Assembly (NCBI RefSeq): GCF_006345805.1
Contig: NC_042997.1
Span: 125,798,001-125,862,000 of the forward strand
Length of the DNA: 64,000 bases
Direction: 5' to 3'
Origin: Octopus sinensis
Taxonomy: Eukaryota
The number at the start of each line of letters is the position of its first letter. The first letter of the stretch is position 1. Below the pieces are notes generated by a model. It searched no databases, was not told the origin of the DNA, and saw only the letters and a program-made list of their open reading frames with translations. Below, piece after piece: positions 1-13,091 of the stretch. Both the position numbers and the translations under genes were made by a program.

Positions 1-357
1 GTTTGAATTCCTCTGTTATTGCTTGAAGTACTATGATGAACAAAAGGGGACTGAGGGCTGAGCCCTGGTGCACACCTACTTCTACTCGGAATTTTTCACT
101 ATATTCGTTGCCAATCCTAACCTTGCTAACAGCCTCTCTGTATAGAGCCTGTACAGCCCTTATTAGCCATTCTTCAATCTCCAGTTTCCGCATCGACCAC
201 CAGATAAGGAACGGGGAACCCTGTCAAGGCTTTCTCCAAGTCTACAAAAGCTATGTAGAGGGGTTTATCTTTAGCTAGGTACTTCTCCTGCAGTTGTCGG
301 ACCAGGAATATAGCATCAGTGGTGCTTCTACCTGGTACAAAACCGAACTGCATTTCA
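1..357 (-). mobile_element. RTE-clade LINE reverse transcriptase fragment (frameshifted)
   Basis: Minus strand reads EMQFGFVPGRSTTDAIFLVRQLQEKYLAKDKPLYIAFVDLEKA, then after a frameshift ...VGVHQGSALSPLLFIIVLQ, which are RT motifs. Truncated by a (TA)n(GA)n tract. Confidence 0.9.
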
Positions 358-500
358 TATATATATATAATATTTATAGGGAGAGAGAGAGAGAGACATA
401 CATGCAAGTGTTCAAAGTATGAAGTTAATTTTGTTATCTGTGTTCCAACAATGGAGCTTTGTATCTTCATTAACAACTAGCTCCCTCCTTACAAGAAGAG

Positions 501-535
<35 letters not shown>

Positions 536-869
536 TCACACACAAAAGTACAAGCATGTTAGTATTGTTACTTGTCAGATGATGAGTAATTTTGAATGTA
601 GACTTTTGCCAACATTGGTAAAATTAATGAAATTTGATATACATACAATAATTATAATTAACTTTTATCAAATTTCTTGAGGCTTATACAAAATGATGAA
701 ATGTATACTAATTTTCAAAAGTAAAATATTTATTACCTTAAAATAAAATTAAACAAATTTCTCATTTGTATATTTGCATTAAATACAGATTATTTTTCTG
801 AATTTTATCAATACAATCACAGTCTACTCAATCAAAAACCTATCTCTGCAAAATATGAACTCCTTCCAT

Positions 870-1110
870 AACTACCCTGTTATTTGCTCCTCCTACTATT
901 ACTCCATCTACTGTTCCTACTCCTCCTTCTTCTCATTCTCTTCCTCCTTCTCATTCTCTTCCTCCTTCTCATCCTTCTCCTTCACTACTTCCTCCTTCTC
1001 ATTCTCCTCTTCTTTCTCCTTTTTCTCCTCCTCTTCCTGAATATTCTCCTCCTTTACCTCCTCCTTCTTCTGCTTCTCCTCTTTCTCTTCCTTCATTTTC
1101 TCCTCCTCTG
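870..1110. repeat. Degenerate (TCC/TTC)n pyrimidine-rich tract
   Basis: Direct inspection; explains the poly-S and poly-L ORFs. Confidence 0.9.
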
Positions 1111-1447
1111 TGTTTTTGAGTGTGTGTGTGTGTTTGTATGTAATTTTCCATTACTTATTGCCTATCACCAAGCTTAGTATGTGCTCTCATCATGCTTCTC
1201 TTACATTAACTCTCTCTGTATATGTCTTTTACTCTTTCTCTCCTCCCCCCCTTTCTCTATAAAGCATTTAACATAATTAATACAATGACTGAATCTAACC
1301 ATGTCATAAAATATGAAAATTTGCAAACTCTGGAAGTGCTCTCTTATAAAATAAATAATAATACAGATAGTTACTCTGCTGAAAATATTTTACCTACATT
1401 GAGTTAAATAAGAAAAAATGAAAGAAAGAGAAACATTACCTGGTTAA

Positions 1448-2100
1448 ACCTCTGTTCTTGGTGCAGGTAAAAACTCTGGCATCAAAAGTATTCCTTAGAA
1501 TAGTTAGGGAAAACTTCCCCCTACAATACAATCCGCCAGATCTTTAGTATTAACTCAGTAATCCTCTGTTCTCGGTACAGGTAAAAACTCCAGTATCAAA
1601 AATATTCTTTAGAATCATTAGGCGTAAGAGTTGTTGTGTGGTAAGTAGCTTGCTTACCAACCACATGGTTCTGGATTCAGTCCCACTGTGTGACACCTTG
1701 AGCAAGTGTCTTCTACTATAGCCTTGGGCTGACCAAAGCCTTGTGAGTAGATTTGGTAGACGGAAACTAAAAGAAGTCCATCGTATGTGTGTGTGTGTGT
1801 GTGTGTGTGTTTGTGTATGTGTGTGTGTATGTGTATGTTTGCGTGTCTGTGTTTGTTCCCCCAACATTGCTTGACAACTGATGCTGATGTGTTTACGTCC
1901 CCGTAACTTAGCGGTTCAGCAAAAGAGACTGATAGAATAAGTACTAGGCTTACAAAGAATAAGTCCTGGAGTCGATTTGCTCGACTAAAGGCAGTGCTCC
2001 AGCATGGCCACAGTCAAATGACTGAAACAAGTAAAAGAGTAAAAGAGAGACAACTTTCCCCTACAATACAAACTACCAGATCTTTAATACTAACCCAGTA
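1448..2100 (+). repeat. ~115-bp tandem duplication, second copy split by a SINE
   Basis: cctctgttct(t/c)ggt(g/a)caggtaaaaactc...cccctacaataca...ccagatcttta occurs at 1448-1561 and again at 1562-1620 plus 2049-2100. Confidence 0.85.
1621..2047 (+). mobile_element. tRNA-derived SINE, CORE/MIR-like family with internal (TG)n
   Basis: tRNA-like head (tgtgtggtaagtagc...ggattcagtccc), ccttgagcaagtgtc block, internal TG tract, gtaaaagag tail. Related copies: 2410-2780(+), 34655-35063(+), 39370-39600(+, 3' part), 35100-35480(-), 41200-41720(-), 50625-50810(-), plus shorter pieces. Confidence 0.85.
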
Positions 2101-2859
2101 AAGCTTTGCTACTCTACTACTCCAAACCTAGCTTTAATAGTAGCTGCATCTAATTGTAGTGAACTTGATAAGGACTGTAATATTAATTATAGGATACCAT
2201 CAGTCTCAGGTTTGAGAACTAAGACAATACAGAAAAGCAATAGAGCACGCTTAGGTTTGAGCAAGGCGTTAAGACCAAGCTGATTCAAGTAATGTGAATG
2301 AACTTTTTATCACAGGAAACTTAAATAATTAGTGTAATAAGATCTCAATCACCAGTTGTAATAGTGAAAGTACTACTATTGAAATGGGATAAATATTTCT
2401 TCAAGTATAGGTATAGATGCAGCTGTCTGGTAAGAAACTTGCTTCCCAACCACAAGGCTCTTGGTTCAGTACCACTGTGTGGCACCCTGGGCAAGTGTCA
2501 TATATGTATTTATGTATGTAGGTATGTATACATATAGATATAGGTATCTGTCTATCTGTGTGAATGTGTTCATGTTTGTTCCCCCATCACTGCTTGACAA
2601 CCAATGTTGGCATGTTTACTTCCCTGTAACTTTATGGTTTGAAAAAGAAATGGATTGATGAAGTACTAGGCTTTAAAAATACAAGTCCTGGGATTGGTTT
2701 GTTCCACTAAAAACACTCCAAGGTGGTGCTCCAGCATGGCAACAGTCGAATGACTGAAACAAGTACGAGAATAAGAGAATATACAAAACCTATACATGTC
2801 AGAGGCTACATAACTTAGTGAATCATAATGAATACAATAGGAAAAATAATTGTAAATGC

Positions 2860-3240
2860 AACTGTAGGGTAGATGAAAATTGTCCATTAACTGGGAACTG
2901 TTGTGTAAAAATATTGTTTACAGATATTCCATAAGAACACGTAATGCATGCAGAAAGCTACATCAATTATTTTAAGCAATGCATTTATATACAACACCAT
3001 TCATTTCCTAACCCTAAATTAGACACTAAGACTCATTTGCAGGACATATATTTCATTTACAGTCTAAGGGCATAGATTATATGATGTAATGGAGTATTAT
3101 AAATTTAATCAAATACACCAAGGGGATAGGAAAGATTGTCATTTACGTATATGCAAAGCATTTGAGATTTTAAGAGCAAATCGAAATCTATTACATAAAA
3201 TGAAATTGTAATTCAATACAAGCAGAAATTTACTTGGACT
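2860..3240 (+). mobile_element. Highly decayed Penelope-like GIY-YIG remnant
   Basis: NCPLTGNCCVKNIVY-like start and a C-terminal CHL...ILRANRNLL...EIV-like segment; many stops and frameshifts. Confidence 0.4.
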
Positions 3241-5449
3241 TTTAATTATTGCGTAATATGAAGAAATTTTTAATTACAATTACAATGGTAAAGGATAGAG
3301 TCTGTATGATCTGTATTACATTATAATTGTATCCATCTAAACAAAGACATATTCATGTGCAAATTTTGATATTATATTATAAAATCAAAATAGGCTTTAC
3401 AAGTTATTATTCCCTATTAATACTTTCACTCTGCATATTGTCCATTAATAATTCAATTGGTTATTCTTATTCATACTAAATTATTTATTCATTCTAAGTC
3501 ATCTTACTCTTTGATATCATCTTCTACTAAGTACATTATATTACCAAATACAACCAAATACACGCATACATGCTTGTATACATGTGTATAAATGTGTATG
3601 AATTCATCTAAAATTCTACTTACAAATAATAATGGTATAAATACCATTACTAATCTTGAATAAGGTTTGCATCTAATAATTCCTTACTGCTTTTACACAA
3701 TATTGCTACATTCACTCAGCCTATCATACTTACAATGATTTATTCAATTGTTCTGGTTTAGTCAATTATTCTAATTTATCCAACTGATGATACTATATTG
3801 ACTGTTACTAAGTAGTATCATGGTTATTATTCTAACTCTGATGTTCTCTGCTTCGCTATATTATAGTGTAATGTTTTATATTAATGCTCAATCATGCTAT
3901 TTTTATCATGTTTCTTTAAAATATCTATATCGTTTGCAGCATTGCTAATTGTCCATGAGATTCATTTTATTTGTACTATTGTGTTATTAAGCATTCTAGT
4001 TATTGCTCCTAAATATGATATATCGAAATATTTATAGTCATAAAATGAGCATCAGCAGTATATGTATAAGTAATGAGTGCATATATGTGTGTGTGTGTGT
4101 GTCTGTAGATATGTATTTTAAAGTGTGCGTTTATGTGGATAGACATATGTGTGTGTGTCAATGTGTGTGCATTTTTTTGTTAGTGTAAGTTTGTGTTTGT
4201 GTGTACAATTCTGTTTCATCATCATCATCATTATCATTCAGCATCTGTTTTCCATGTTGGCATAGGTTGGACAGTTTAACAGGATCTGGTGCACTACAGG
4301 GTTGCATTGAACTTCAGTGTCAGCTTTGGCATGGTTTCTATGGTTGGATACCCTTCCTAACATCGACCACTTTACATTGTAAACTGGGTGCTTTTACCCT
4401 GCCACAAGCACTAGAGGAGTTGCCAAGCAACTTGCAAAACAGGAAAAGGACAAGGAAAGGGGAAAGAGAAAGGCCTTTTTGATTAAGTGGTGGTGGCAGT
4501 GGAGGTATTTGAGAGGGAGAAGAAATGATTTTTAAGCTAGGGACAAGCGGGTGTCTTACTATGGAGAAGATACATGGCTACCCCACATTTATATAAGTGG
4601 AGGGGCATGGCTTAGTGGATCGGATTCCTCTTATGCATAATTTTTCTCTCAGTACATTAACACTATACATACTGATATTAAGGATTAGTCACACTCACAC
4701 ATGCACATGCACACATATTTATATATATATATATATATTATATACGATGAGCTTCTTTCAGTTTCCATCAACCAAATCCACTCATAAGGCTTTAGTTGAT
4801 CCAAGGCTTGCCTAAAGTGTGAATCTGACGACGACGTTTCATCATCATGTCTTTCAAAGCTAATTTCACTTGCTCTTTGGAAAAATACTCTGGCCATCAG
4901 GGTTTGTATCCTCATCCACTTTTAAAGCGCAAACTGTCCTAAGAAGTTGAGGTTTCACAGCTGCAGTCTTTTGCTTGAAGGAGCCTAAGAGATCCTGATA
5001 CTAGTCAATTCAATAAACTCCAGTACTTGACTATTAATCTGTTTTAATGATCTTGGCAAAGACTCACAGCAAAGTTAACCTAAAAAGGATCTGAACTGAC
5101 ATAGCGAAGGGACATAACCCCAGTAGTACAATGGTATATTTTAGAATCTCTACCAGTTCCTGCTGATATCCCACGCTATAGTATATTCATTACTACAAAT
5201 TATTGAACTTTAACCAGTTAATATTCAAATGAAAACCATTTATCATTTCCTATGTGTATATTTTGAAAACTAATTATCTGAGAAGACACTGATGGAGTAA
5301 TTAGTTTTCATACTATGTTGTTATTGAAGCAACCTCCAATCATTGGCATTACATTGTCTGTGAATGGTTGAATCATTTTACACATACATATGTATGCTTG
5401 TACCTATATATATGTATATATATATAGATAGATACATACACATATTCAT

Positions 5450-5516
<67 letters not shown>

Positions 5517-5571
5517 AATCCTACCTTCTTTTCTTTTTCTTAATATACATATAATATATATATACATGGTA

Positions 5572-5990
5572 CAGTGAACAAACTATCATCTAAATTACAC
5601 AAAAATGAAAATAAAACTGACATCTCATTTTAAGAGATATATTTACCAAAATTACATAAAAATATCTTGAAATACTAAAGAGTAAATTTATTCTATAAAA
5701 TCGCCATTGGCTTCAACCACAGCCTCCAGATGACTTCGAAATTTCCTGCAACTCTTCTGGACAGTCTCCTTGTTTAAGTTGGTGAATGCTGCCATAATCC
5801 TTGCCTTCAGTTTATCTTTGGTGTTACAAGGAACTTTGTTGATCTCTCACTCAACTGCACCCCGCACATAATAATCAAGGGAGTTGCAGTCTGGGGAATT
5901 AAGTGGCCAGATGTTAGGAGTGATGTGGTTGCAGAAATTGTCTGACAGTCATGACTAGTTTCTCCTGCTTGTGTGACATGGTGCAGAATT
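5572..5990 (-). mobile_element. Tc1/mariner-superfamily transposon 3' fragment
   Basis: Minus strand WPLNSPDCNSLDYY...NTKDKLKARIMAAFTNLNKETVQKSCRKFRSHLEAVVEANGDFIE* (stop at 5690-5688); terminus TA|CAGTG at 5570-5576. Confidence 0.85.
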
Positions 5991-6244
5991 TGGAGTCTTG
6001 GGGTTATTAGCCCATGCTCTTAACCACTATGCCATAAAATTTTAGTCGTTGCCATCTCCCCATCTTCGACAAGTGGCATTCTCTCAAGACACCTATCATC
6101 CTACTAATGCTATATTGTAACATATACGCATACATAATAAGCATGTCCATAATTTGGGGAAGGAAGAATGTGAGCTTGTGACTTTCATTGGTGCCATTCC
6201 AGTGGTTTGTTTCACCAGGATTTCTGTTCTGACATTTTACCGAT

Positions 6245-6540
6245 CGTGGCCGTTGCCAGTCTCGCCTGGCCTCCATGCCGGTGGCACGTAAAAAGCACCA
6301 TCCGATCGTGGCTGTTTGCCAGCCTTGTCTGGCACCTGTGCCGGTGGTACATAAAAAGCACCCACTACACTCATGGAGTGGTTGGCGTTAAGAAGGGCAT
6401 CCAGCCATAGAAACATTGCCAGATCATACTGGACCTGGTGCAGCCTTCTGGCTTCCCAGACCCCAGTTGAGCCGTCCAACCCATGCCAGCATGGAAAGCA
6501 GATGCTAAACGATGATGATGATGATGATGATGATGATTTT
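6245..6540 (+). mobile_element. RTE 3'-end repeat with (GAT)n tail, the dominant family
   Basis: gtggcacgtaaaaagcacc...gaagggcatccagc...ccaacccatgccagcatggaaagc...ttaaacgatgatgat. About 27 copies on both strands, e.g. 4215, 6858, 7873, 9520, 17280, 18574, 19026, 21255, 22168, 23076, 30085, 36135, 40246, 42615, 45460, 48640, 49143, 53850, 57290, 59140, 60525, 62010. Confidence 0.9.
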
Positions 6541-6611
6541 ATGCATGTAACCAACAAAACTACCCACGTAACTATCAGTATTCTTTCAGATATGTGTGAC
6601 ACAATAACATC

Positions 6612-6790
6612 GAAAAATACCTAAGGAATGAGAACCCAGGTTCGAAATTTCCCAAGATACCTGATGAAGGCTGGAGGTTATATCAGCCGAAACGTTGTGT
6701 CAACAACAAACAAGATGAGGACAAATATCCACCAAATGTAAATAATGTAAATAATGTACATAATTCCTCATCTCTTAAATATAGAACTGA
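6612..6790 (+). mobile_element. Short Penelope pLTR-like element carrying a hammerhead motif
   Basis: Contains CTGATGA...GAAACGTT and ends in tandem aatgtaaat repeats; hammerheads are a known feature of Penelope-like element repeats. Confidence 0.6.
6656..6701 (+). ncRNA. Minimal type I hammerhead ribozyme
   Basis: Helix I gatac/gtgtc; core CTGATGA (6661-6667); extra A; helix II ggctg/cagcc; GAAA (6689-6692); palindromic ACGT in place of helix III; GUU cleavage triplet (6694-6696). Confidence 0.7.
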
Positions 6791-7289
6791 AACAATGCAC
6801 ATGCACAAAATTGAAAATATAAAATTGCAACAATTTACCCATTGCACCCTGTATATATTTCATCGTCGTCATCATCATTTAATGCCCATTATCCGTGCTG
6901 GCTTGAGTTGGACGGGTTGACCAGGGCTGGAAACCTGGAAGGCTGCAGCAGACTCCAGTCTGTTTTGGCATGGTTTGTACAGCTGGATGCCCTTCCTAAC
7001 ACCAACCACTGCAAGTGTGTAATGGGTCCTTTTATGTTCCACAAGCACAGATGCCATTTGCATGACACCAGTATCTGCTTCAACTGCAGTTTTACTTGGC
7101 TTGATGGGTTTTCTTCTCTAACATGGAATAATACCAAATGGACTTGGTCATTGCTTCTATGATGGCCCAATGCTCAAGGTCCAGCATAATGCCAAATGGT
7201 CTCAGTCCTTGCCTCTATGAGGCCCATTTGAAAGGTGCTATTACGTGCCACTGGCACGGGTGCCATTTGCATGACACCAGAATCTGCCA

Positions 7290-7295
7290 TATACA

Positions 7296-7351
<56 letters not shown>

Positions 7352-7354
7352 CAT

Positions 7355-7432
<78 letters not shown>

Positions 7433-7785
7433 CATACATACATACATACATGTGTGTGTGTGTGTATAAGGCAATTCAAATAAATAATAAGAATTATCAT
7501 CCACACACATAATTCTCCTTATTTGAATTGTCTTGGATGTACACTCAGTAAACTGTTTATAATCCAAAGAAAAGCAGACTCAGGATTTAGCCATTTGATG
7601 AAAATACATTGGGATTGTTTACTTTGAACAGCCCAAGGTTATGCCTTACCATTCATTGCAGTTAGCCTTAACTCGGATTATACTAGAATATTTGAATGGA
7701 TCTATTATCTTTATATGTTCAATATCTACATATCTATCTATCTGTCCATCTGTCCATCTGTCCATCTGTCCATCTATCTATCTAA

Positions 7786-7849
<64 letters not shown>

Positions 7850-7871
7850 ATATCTATCTATCTATCTATCT

Positions 7872-7925
<54 letters not shown>
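7290..7925. repeat. Compound microsatellites (TA/GA/CA at 7290-7465; CTAT then CAT at 7725-7925)
   Basis: Direct inspection. Confidence 0.95.
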
Positions 7926-8339
7926 GTTTAATGTCCACTTTCCATTCTGGCATGGGTTGGATGGTTTGACTGGGGACTGGCAAGCCAGGAGGCTGCACCA
8001 GGCTCCAATCTGATTTAGCAAAGTTTCTACAGCTGGATGCCCTTTCTAATGCCAACCACTCCAAGAATGTAGTGGGTGCTTTTTACATCCCACCGGCATG
8101 GGAGACAATCAGGCAGCACTGGGATTGGCCACATTCAGATGGTGCTTTCTACGTGCTACTGGCACAGGGGCCAGTCTATATGTATAAAGAAAAAGAAGGT
8201 AATCAGAATTTGAATAAAAACTATTTATTTAGTGCTTTCATCCTGGTCAAAGATACATCCCAAATGACAAATCCCTGAAAGGGACATAAGTGCTAAATGA
8301 ATAGTTTTCATCTGAATCCTGCTCCCTTCTTTTTCTTAA

Positions 8340-8912
8340 CCCTTTTGTTAATGTATCTATTTTGAGATGCTCTGTGTTTCTTTCAATTACTTTAAATATA
8401 ACAAAGAATTTATTAAAATGACTTAGTTATCATTCAGCTAGTGTTTTCTTGGGGATCCCTTCAGTCATGAATGACCAGGGGATTGCACCTAGAAAGTTAA
8501 CCCTCTGAGGCACAAGTCCGGGCAAGGCTGTTTGTGGAAGGCCAGCAATGGCCCATGCATACCTGCTTCCCTTCTCCACACCAATGATATTATCCAAGGT
8601 AGAGGCAAAGACCAATACAGCTTGGCACCAGTGATGTCGCAACTCATTTCTACAGCTGAGTTAACTGGAGCAACATGAAGTAAAGTGTCTTGCTCAAGAA
8701 CACAACATGCAGCCAGATCTGGGAATCAAACACACAACCTCACGATCGTAAACTTGACACTCTAACCACTGAGCCATGTGCCTTCACCAGCTAGTGTTAG
8801 GAACATAAATTGTGACTAAGGTTTGGTGGAAGATTTTAATTCAGAACTTATGAAAATAAGACATTTGTACACAGAGCCAGAACCTGTTTCAGCTGGGTTG
8901 GTAACGAAAGGG
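8340..8912 (+). mobile_element. piggyBac-type MITE (TTAA TSD) with nested SINE
   Basis: TTAA|CCCTTTTGTTA...TAACGAAAGGG|TTAA (8336-8339, 8913-8916); second copy at 18968-19601. Confidence 0.85.
8446..8787 (-). mobile_element. tRNA-derived SINE with 11-bp TSD
   Basis: cagctagtgtt duplicated at 8435-8445 and 8788-8798; minus-strand head ggcacatggctcagtggttagagtg...gtttgattccc. Confidence 0.85.
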
Positions 8913-9051
8913 TTAATATATAAAATCCGTACACCACTTCAAGTAATCTATATATGTTCACATCTTCCTGAGTGTCAAACTAATGTGTCTTGTTCGTTGT
9001 TCCCTCACCTGTCTCTGTCTTTTGTTTTTAATTTTGTGTATCCTTTTGAGC

Positions 9052-9308
9052 CATACACACATGCACTCTTACACACACACACACACTCTCACACACATGC
9101 ATGCACTCTCACACATATACACGCACTCACAAACGCCCTCTCACACACACATGCACACACACACACACATTCTCTCACACACTCACACTCACACGCACTC
9201 ACACACACATGCACACACACTTACACACACATGCACTCTCACACACACACACTCTCACACACACACTCTCACATATATACACACATACATGCACTCTCAC
9301 ACACACAT

Positions 9309-9360
<52 letters not shown>
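9052..9360. repeat. Degenerate (CA)n tract
   Basis: Direct inspection; source of the H/T-rich ORFs. A similar TA/TG tract lies at 10055-10350. Confidence 0.95.
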
Positions 9361-9361
<1 letters not shown>

Positions 9362-10235
9362 AGTGATGCAAGCATGGCTACGTGGTAAGAAGTTTGCTTC
9401 CCAATCACTTGGCTTCAAGCTCAGTCTCACTGCATGGCATCTTGGGCATGTGACTTCTATCAAAGCCTTGTGAGAGCATTTTGGTAGATGGAAACTAAAA
9501 GAAGCCCATCACATATATATCATCATCATCATCATCATCATCGTTTAACATCTACCTTCCATGCTGGCATGGGTGGGATGGTTTGACAGGAGCCAGACAG
9601 GCAGAAGCCAGCACCAGACTTCTATGACTGTTTTGGCAAGATTTTTACCGCTGGATGCCCTTCCTAACTCCTATCACCCAGCAGAGTGGATTTAGTGCTT
9701 TTTACATGGCACAAGCACATACCAATTCAGTTTTGGCAAGGTTTTTACAGCTGGAGGCCCTTCCAAATGCCAACCACTTTACAGTGTGAACTGGATGCTT
9801 TTTTAAGTGGCACCTGTACTGACAGGGTCACCAAGTACTTGGTAGACAAAAGTCTTTTGAGAGGAAAGGGAGCATTGGACAAGGTGATATTGTGTCAGAT
9901 GATGAAAGGTTATAGTTAGAGAGAGAGAGACAGAAAGAGGTGTCTTGCTGTAGAGGAGATACAAGGTTACCCGACCAGAGAGAGAGGGGGGAGGCGGGAG
10001 AGAGGGGGGAGGAACGAGGGCAGAAACAGGTGTGCTGCCGCAAAGGAGATCCATGGTTATATATATATATTTATGTGTATGTGTGTGTGTATATATATGT
10101 ACATGTGTGTGTGTATATGCACGTGTGTGTATATATATATATGTATGTGTTGTATGTGTGTATATATATATATATATGTGCGTGTGCATGTGTATATATG
10201 TACAAGTGTGTGTGTGTGTATATAGGTATGTGTGC

Positions 10236-10277
<42 letters not shown>

Positions 10278-11169
10278 GTGTGTGTATGTGTATATATATA
10301 TGTACATGTGTGTGTATATATATGTGTGTACATGTGTGTGCATGTGTGTGTTTTACTGAGTCCTTGTCTTAACATCGCATGAAAGTTATAAGCAAGTATC
10401 ACCATCATGCAAACTATGTTCTTTGTTTCCAATCTTCCTTGAAAATATATTTGGTCTGGTCTGGTCTGGTCTGGTCTGGTCTGCTCTGGTCTCATCCAGT
10501 CAGATCTTACTTGGAAATAGGTGAGCATTGATGACTGGGAGTGTACCACCTCAACAAATTCCATCTAACCCATGCAAGAATAGAAAAGTGGATGTTAAAA
10601 TGATGATGATTATGATGATGACTACAATGATGATGAGGAGGAGGATGAGGAGGAGGATGATGATGATGCATAATCATCATTTTACACACAACTTACACTG
10701 CAGGACATTCCCTTCCTCTGCAATTGACTAAAGATTTTTCGCACTGCCTGCTGTGTTGCATTGATGCCAACATGGCTAGGATGAGTCATTATGGTGCAAG
10801 TCAGTTCTTATTTGGAGTTACTTCTCTCCTAGACAGATCAGGAGGCCACACCTCACTTCTGAATTGTATTTGGTATTGTTTCTACAGCTAGATGCCCTTC
10901 CCAACACCCATCACTTTTCCGAATGTACAGGATGCATTTTATCCAGAAAGGGTGTCATGGTGTAAACAAGGCTAAGGGCCCTTCTCTTTATCTCTACTCA
11001 TTTGTCAGCCTCTTTACAGAATGTATTAGTGGGGTTACCTTGTACACCGCATACACATACTCATGTATGTATGTATGTATGTATGTATGTATGTATGTAT
11101 GTATGTATGTGTGTGTGTGTGTGTGTACATGTGTGTGTGCATGTGTGTGTGCATGTATACATAAATATA

Positions 11170-11406
11170 CAGGGGTGGCCAAAAGTCACCTGACAGTAAA
11201 TCAAATTCAATTCCAAGATTAAAACAAAAAAATATTATATATGAGATTTCACTAATAATTAAACAAATGTTGAATAGAAAACGGTGATTTTAACTCACAG
11301 CATTCAATTATTAAACATTCATAATTGGAATGAATAAATAAAATTGAATCTTGAGTATTTATTGAATTTTTTTTATTTACTGTCGTGTGACTTTTGGCCA
11401 ACTCTG
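11170..11406. mobile_element. Tc1/mariner-type MITE
   Basis: TA|CAGGGGTGGCCAAAAGTCAC...GTGACTTTTGGCCAACTCTG terminal inverted repeats resembling Tc1 ends; right TA is mutated. Confidence 0.85.
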
Positions 11407-11477
11407 AATATATATGAATAAAAATAAAATGCTTTTTATAGTGTGCAGATTAGCATGCTGGCAACAAATAATTAGTT

Positions 11478-11782
11478 AGAAGAAATGACGGAATTGTTCT
11501 TTAGTTTGTTTATACAATGGCACAGAAAGTAATGAAATAAAATAAAAGAAAATAGAATATTTATACTATTATATTTAAGAAATTTTTGTCTAATGCTTGA
11601 GGATGCTTCTGTTTCACTCAAGCTAGAAGAAAAATTCTCAAATGCAATAATGTAAATATTCCACGTTATTTTACTTTATTTTACTTTATTTTACTTTATT
11701 TCATTTCATTTTCTTGGAAATTTGAAGACAACCTATAGCTGTATATAAATAAACTAAGAAATAATTTCTTCATCTCTTCTGA
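11478..11782. repeat. Imperfect foldback (inverted repeat) element
   Basis: agaagaaatgacggaattgttctttagtttgtttata matches the reverse complement of 11740-11780; aaata/tattt repeat arms. Confidence 0.6.
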
Positions 11783-11887
11783 CAAATCTATTTAGTATAC
11801 AATGCGGTCTTTCCTGCAGAAGGCATTGTATATTGTTTTACCAACAGTTTCATGACACAGTGGAATGTAGTACCTTAATGAAGTTTT

Positions 11888-12303
11888 AGGTGGCGAGCTG
11901 GCAGAAACGTTAGCACGCTGGGCGAAATGCTTAGCGGTATTTCATCTATCTTTACGTTCTGAGTTCAAATTCCGCCAAGGCCAACTTTGCCTTTCATCCT
12001 TTCAGGGTCAATTAAATAAGCACCAGTTACGCACTGGGGTCGACTTAATTGACTTAATCCCTTTGTCTGTCCTTGTTTGTCCCTTCTATGTTTAGCCCCT
12101 TGTGGGCAATAAAGAAATAGGTATTTCGTCTGCCGTTACATTCTGAGTCCAAATTCCGCCAAGGTCGACTTTGCCTTTCATCCTTTCGGGGTCGATAAAT
12201 TAAGTACCAGTTACACACTGGGGTCAATGTAATCGACTTAATCCCTTTGTCTGTCCTTGTTTGTTCCCTCTGTGTTTAGCCCCTTATGGGCAATAAAGAA
12301 ATA
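11888..12303 (+). mobile_element. tRNA-derived SINE dimer, aaagaaata-tailed family
   Basis: Head ggcgagctggcagaaacgttag...gagttcaaattcc, central gactttgcctttcatcctttcggggtcga...aagtacca. Other copies: 16583-16790, 17041-17279, 32528-32759, 37947-38178, 38519-38747(-), 40696-41186, 51420-51650, 58381-58792; several have 10-17 bp TSDs. Confidence 0.9.
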
Positions 12304-13091
12304 AAATGCTGATCACATGTGTAATATTTTTCACCGAAAAGTGACCTATGTATGTATGTGTATTTTTGCAAAGGGTTTTTACCGATATGAAAAAAAAATA
12401 AACCAGCACTCAGGTGGTTATGACAATGAGGGTTCCAGTTGATCCAATCAGTGGAACAGCCCACTCGTGAAATTAACATGCAAGTGGCTGAGAACTCCAC
12501 AGACACATACCCTGAACATAGTTTTCAAGGAGATTCAATGTGACACAGAATGTAACAAGTACAACTCATTTTTGCCAGCTGAGTGGACTGGTGCAACATG
12601 AAATAAAGTGTCTAGCTCAAAGTAAACGATGTAAACATTGATGAGAAAATTGAAAAGTATTGATTTCAAACCAATTTCTCGTGTGATATTTGTTCTGCAA
12701 CAAGTTATTGACACTCCCTTGTCACCAGAAATGCAATGAAACAGTGATTGGTTCATTGGAACCAATAACCAACAACACTATTATTCTTCAATATAAAATA
12801 AGGTTTCTTATTGCAGAGCCTGGTGGAATTAATGTCAGAAGGAATCAATAAATTCCAAAGATGTTCAATATTTTTTTAAACTGGAACAACCAATATTAAA
12901 CAAGTTTCAAAGACATCTGTGTGAAAATAAAGATCAATAATTATTGCATTACAGCTGTAGTCTGTCACAGGCCACCCTCCTCCTCTTCCTCATCTGCCTA
13001 TCAACTTTTACAAAGTTGTCTTAGGGTATTATTGCTTTCTGAAATTAATAATAATAATAATAATAATAATGATAATAATAATAATAATAAT

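Noticed and set aside
4820-4865. Minus-strand GAAACGTC resembling a hammerhead half
   Set aside because: No intact CUGANGA or helix II upstream.
5265-5309. 12-bp hairpin with GAAA and CTGA-like words
   Set aside because: No CUGANGA in the correct order on either strand.
8823-10564. Long H/T- and C/V-rich ORFs (also 24845-25825 and 41686-43967)
   Set aside because: Dinucleotide and tetranucleotide microsatellite translations.
12817-12960. Possible p62 exon 1 after ttgcag
   Set aside because: Early stops in the frames examined and no PB1 basic motif.
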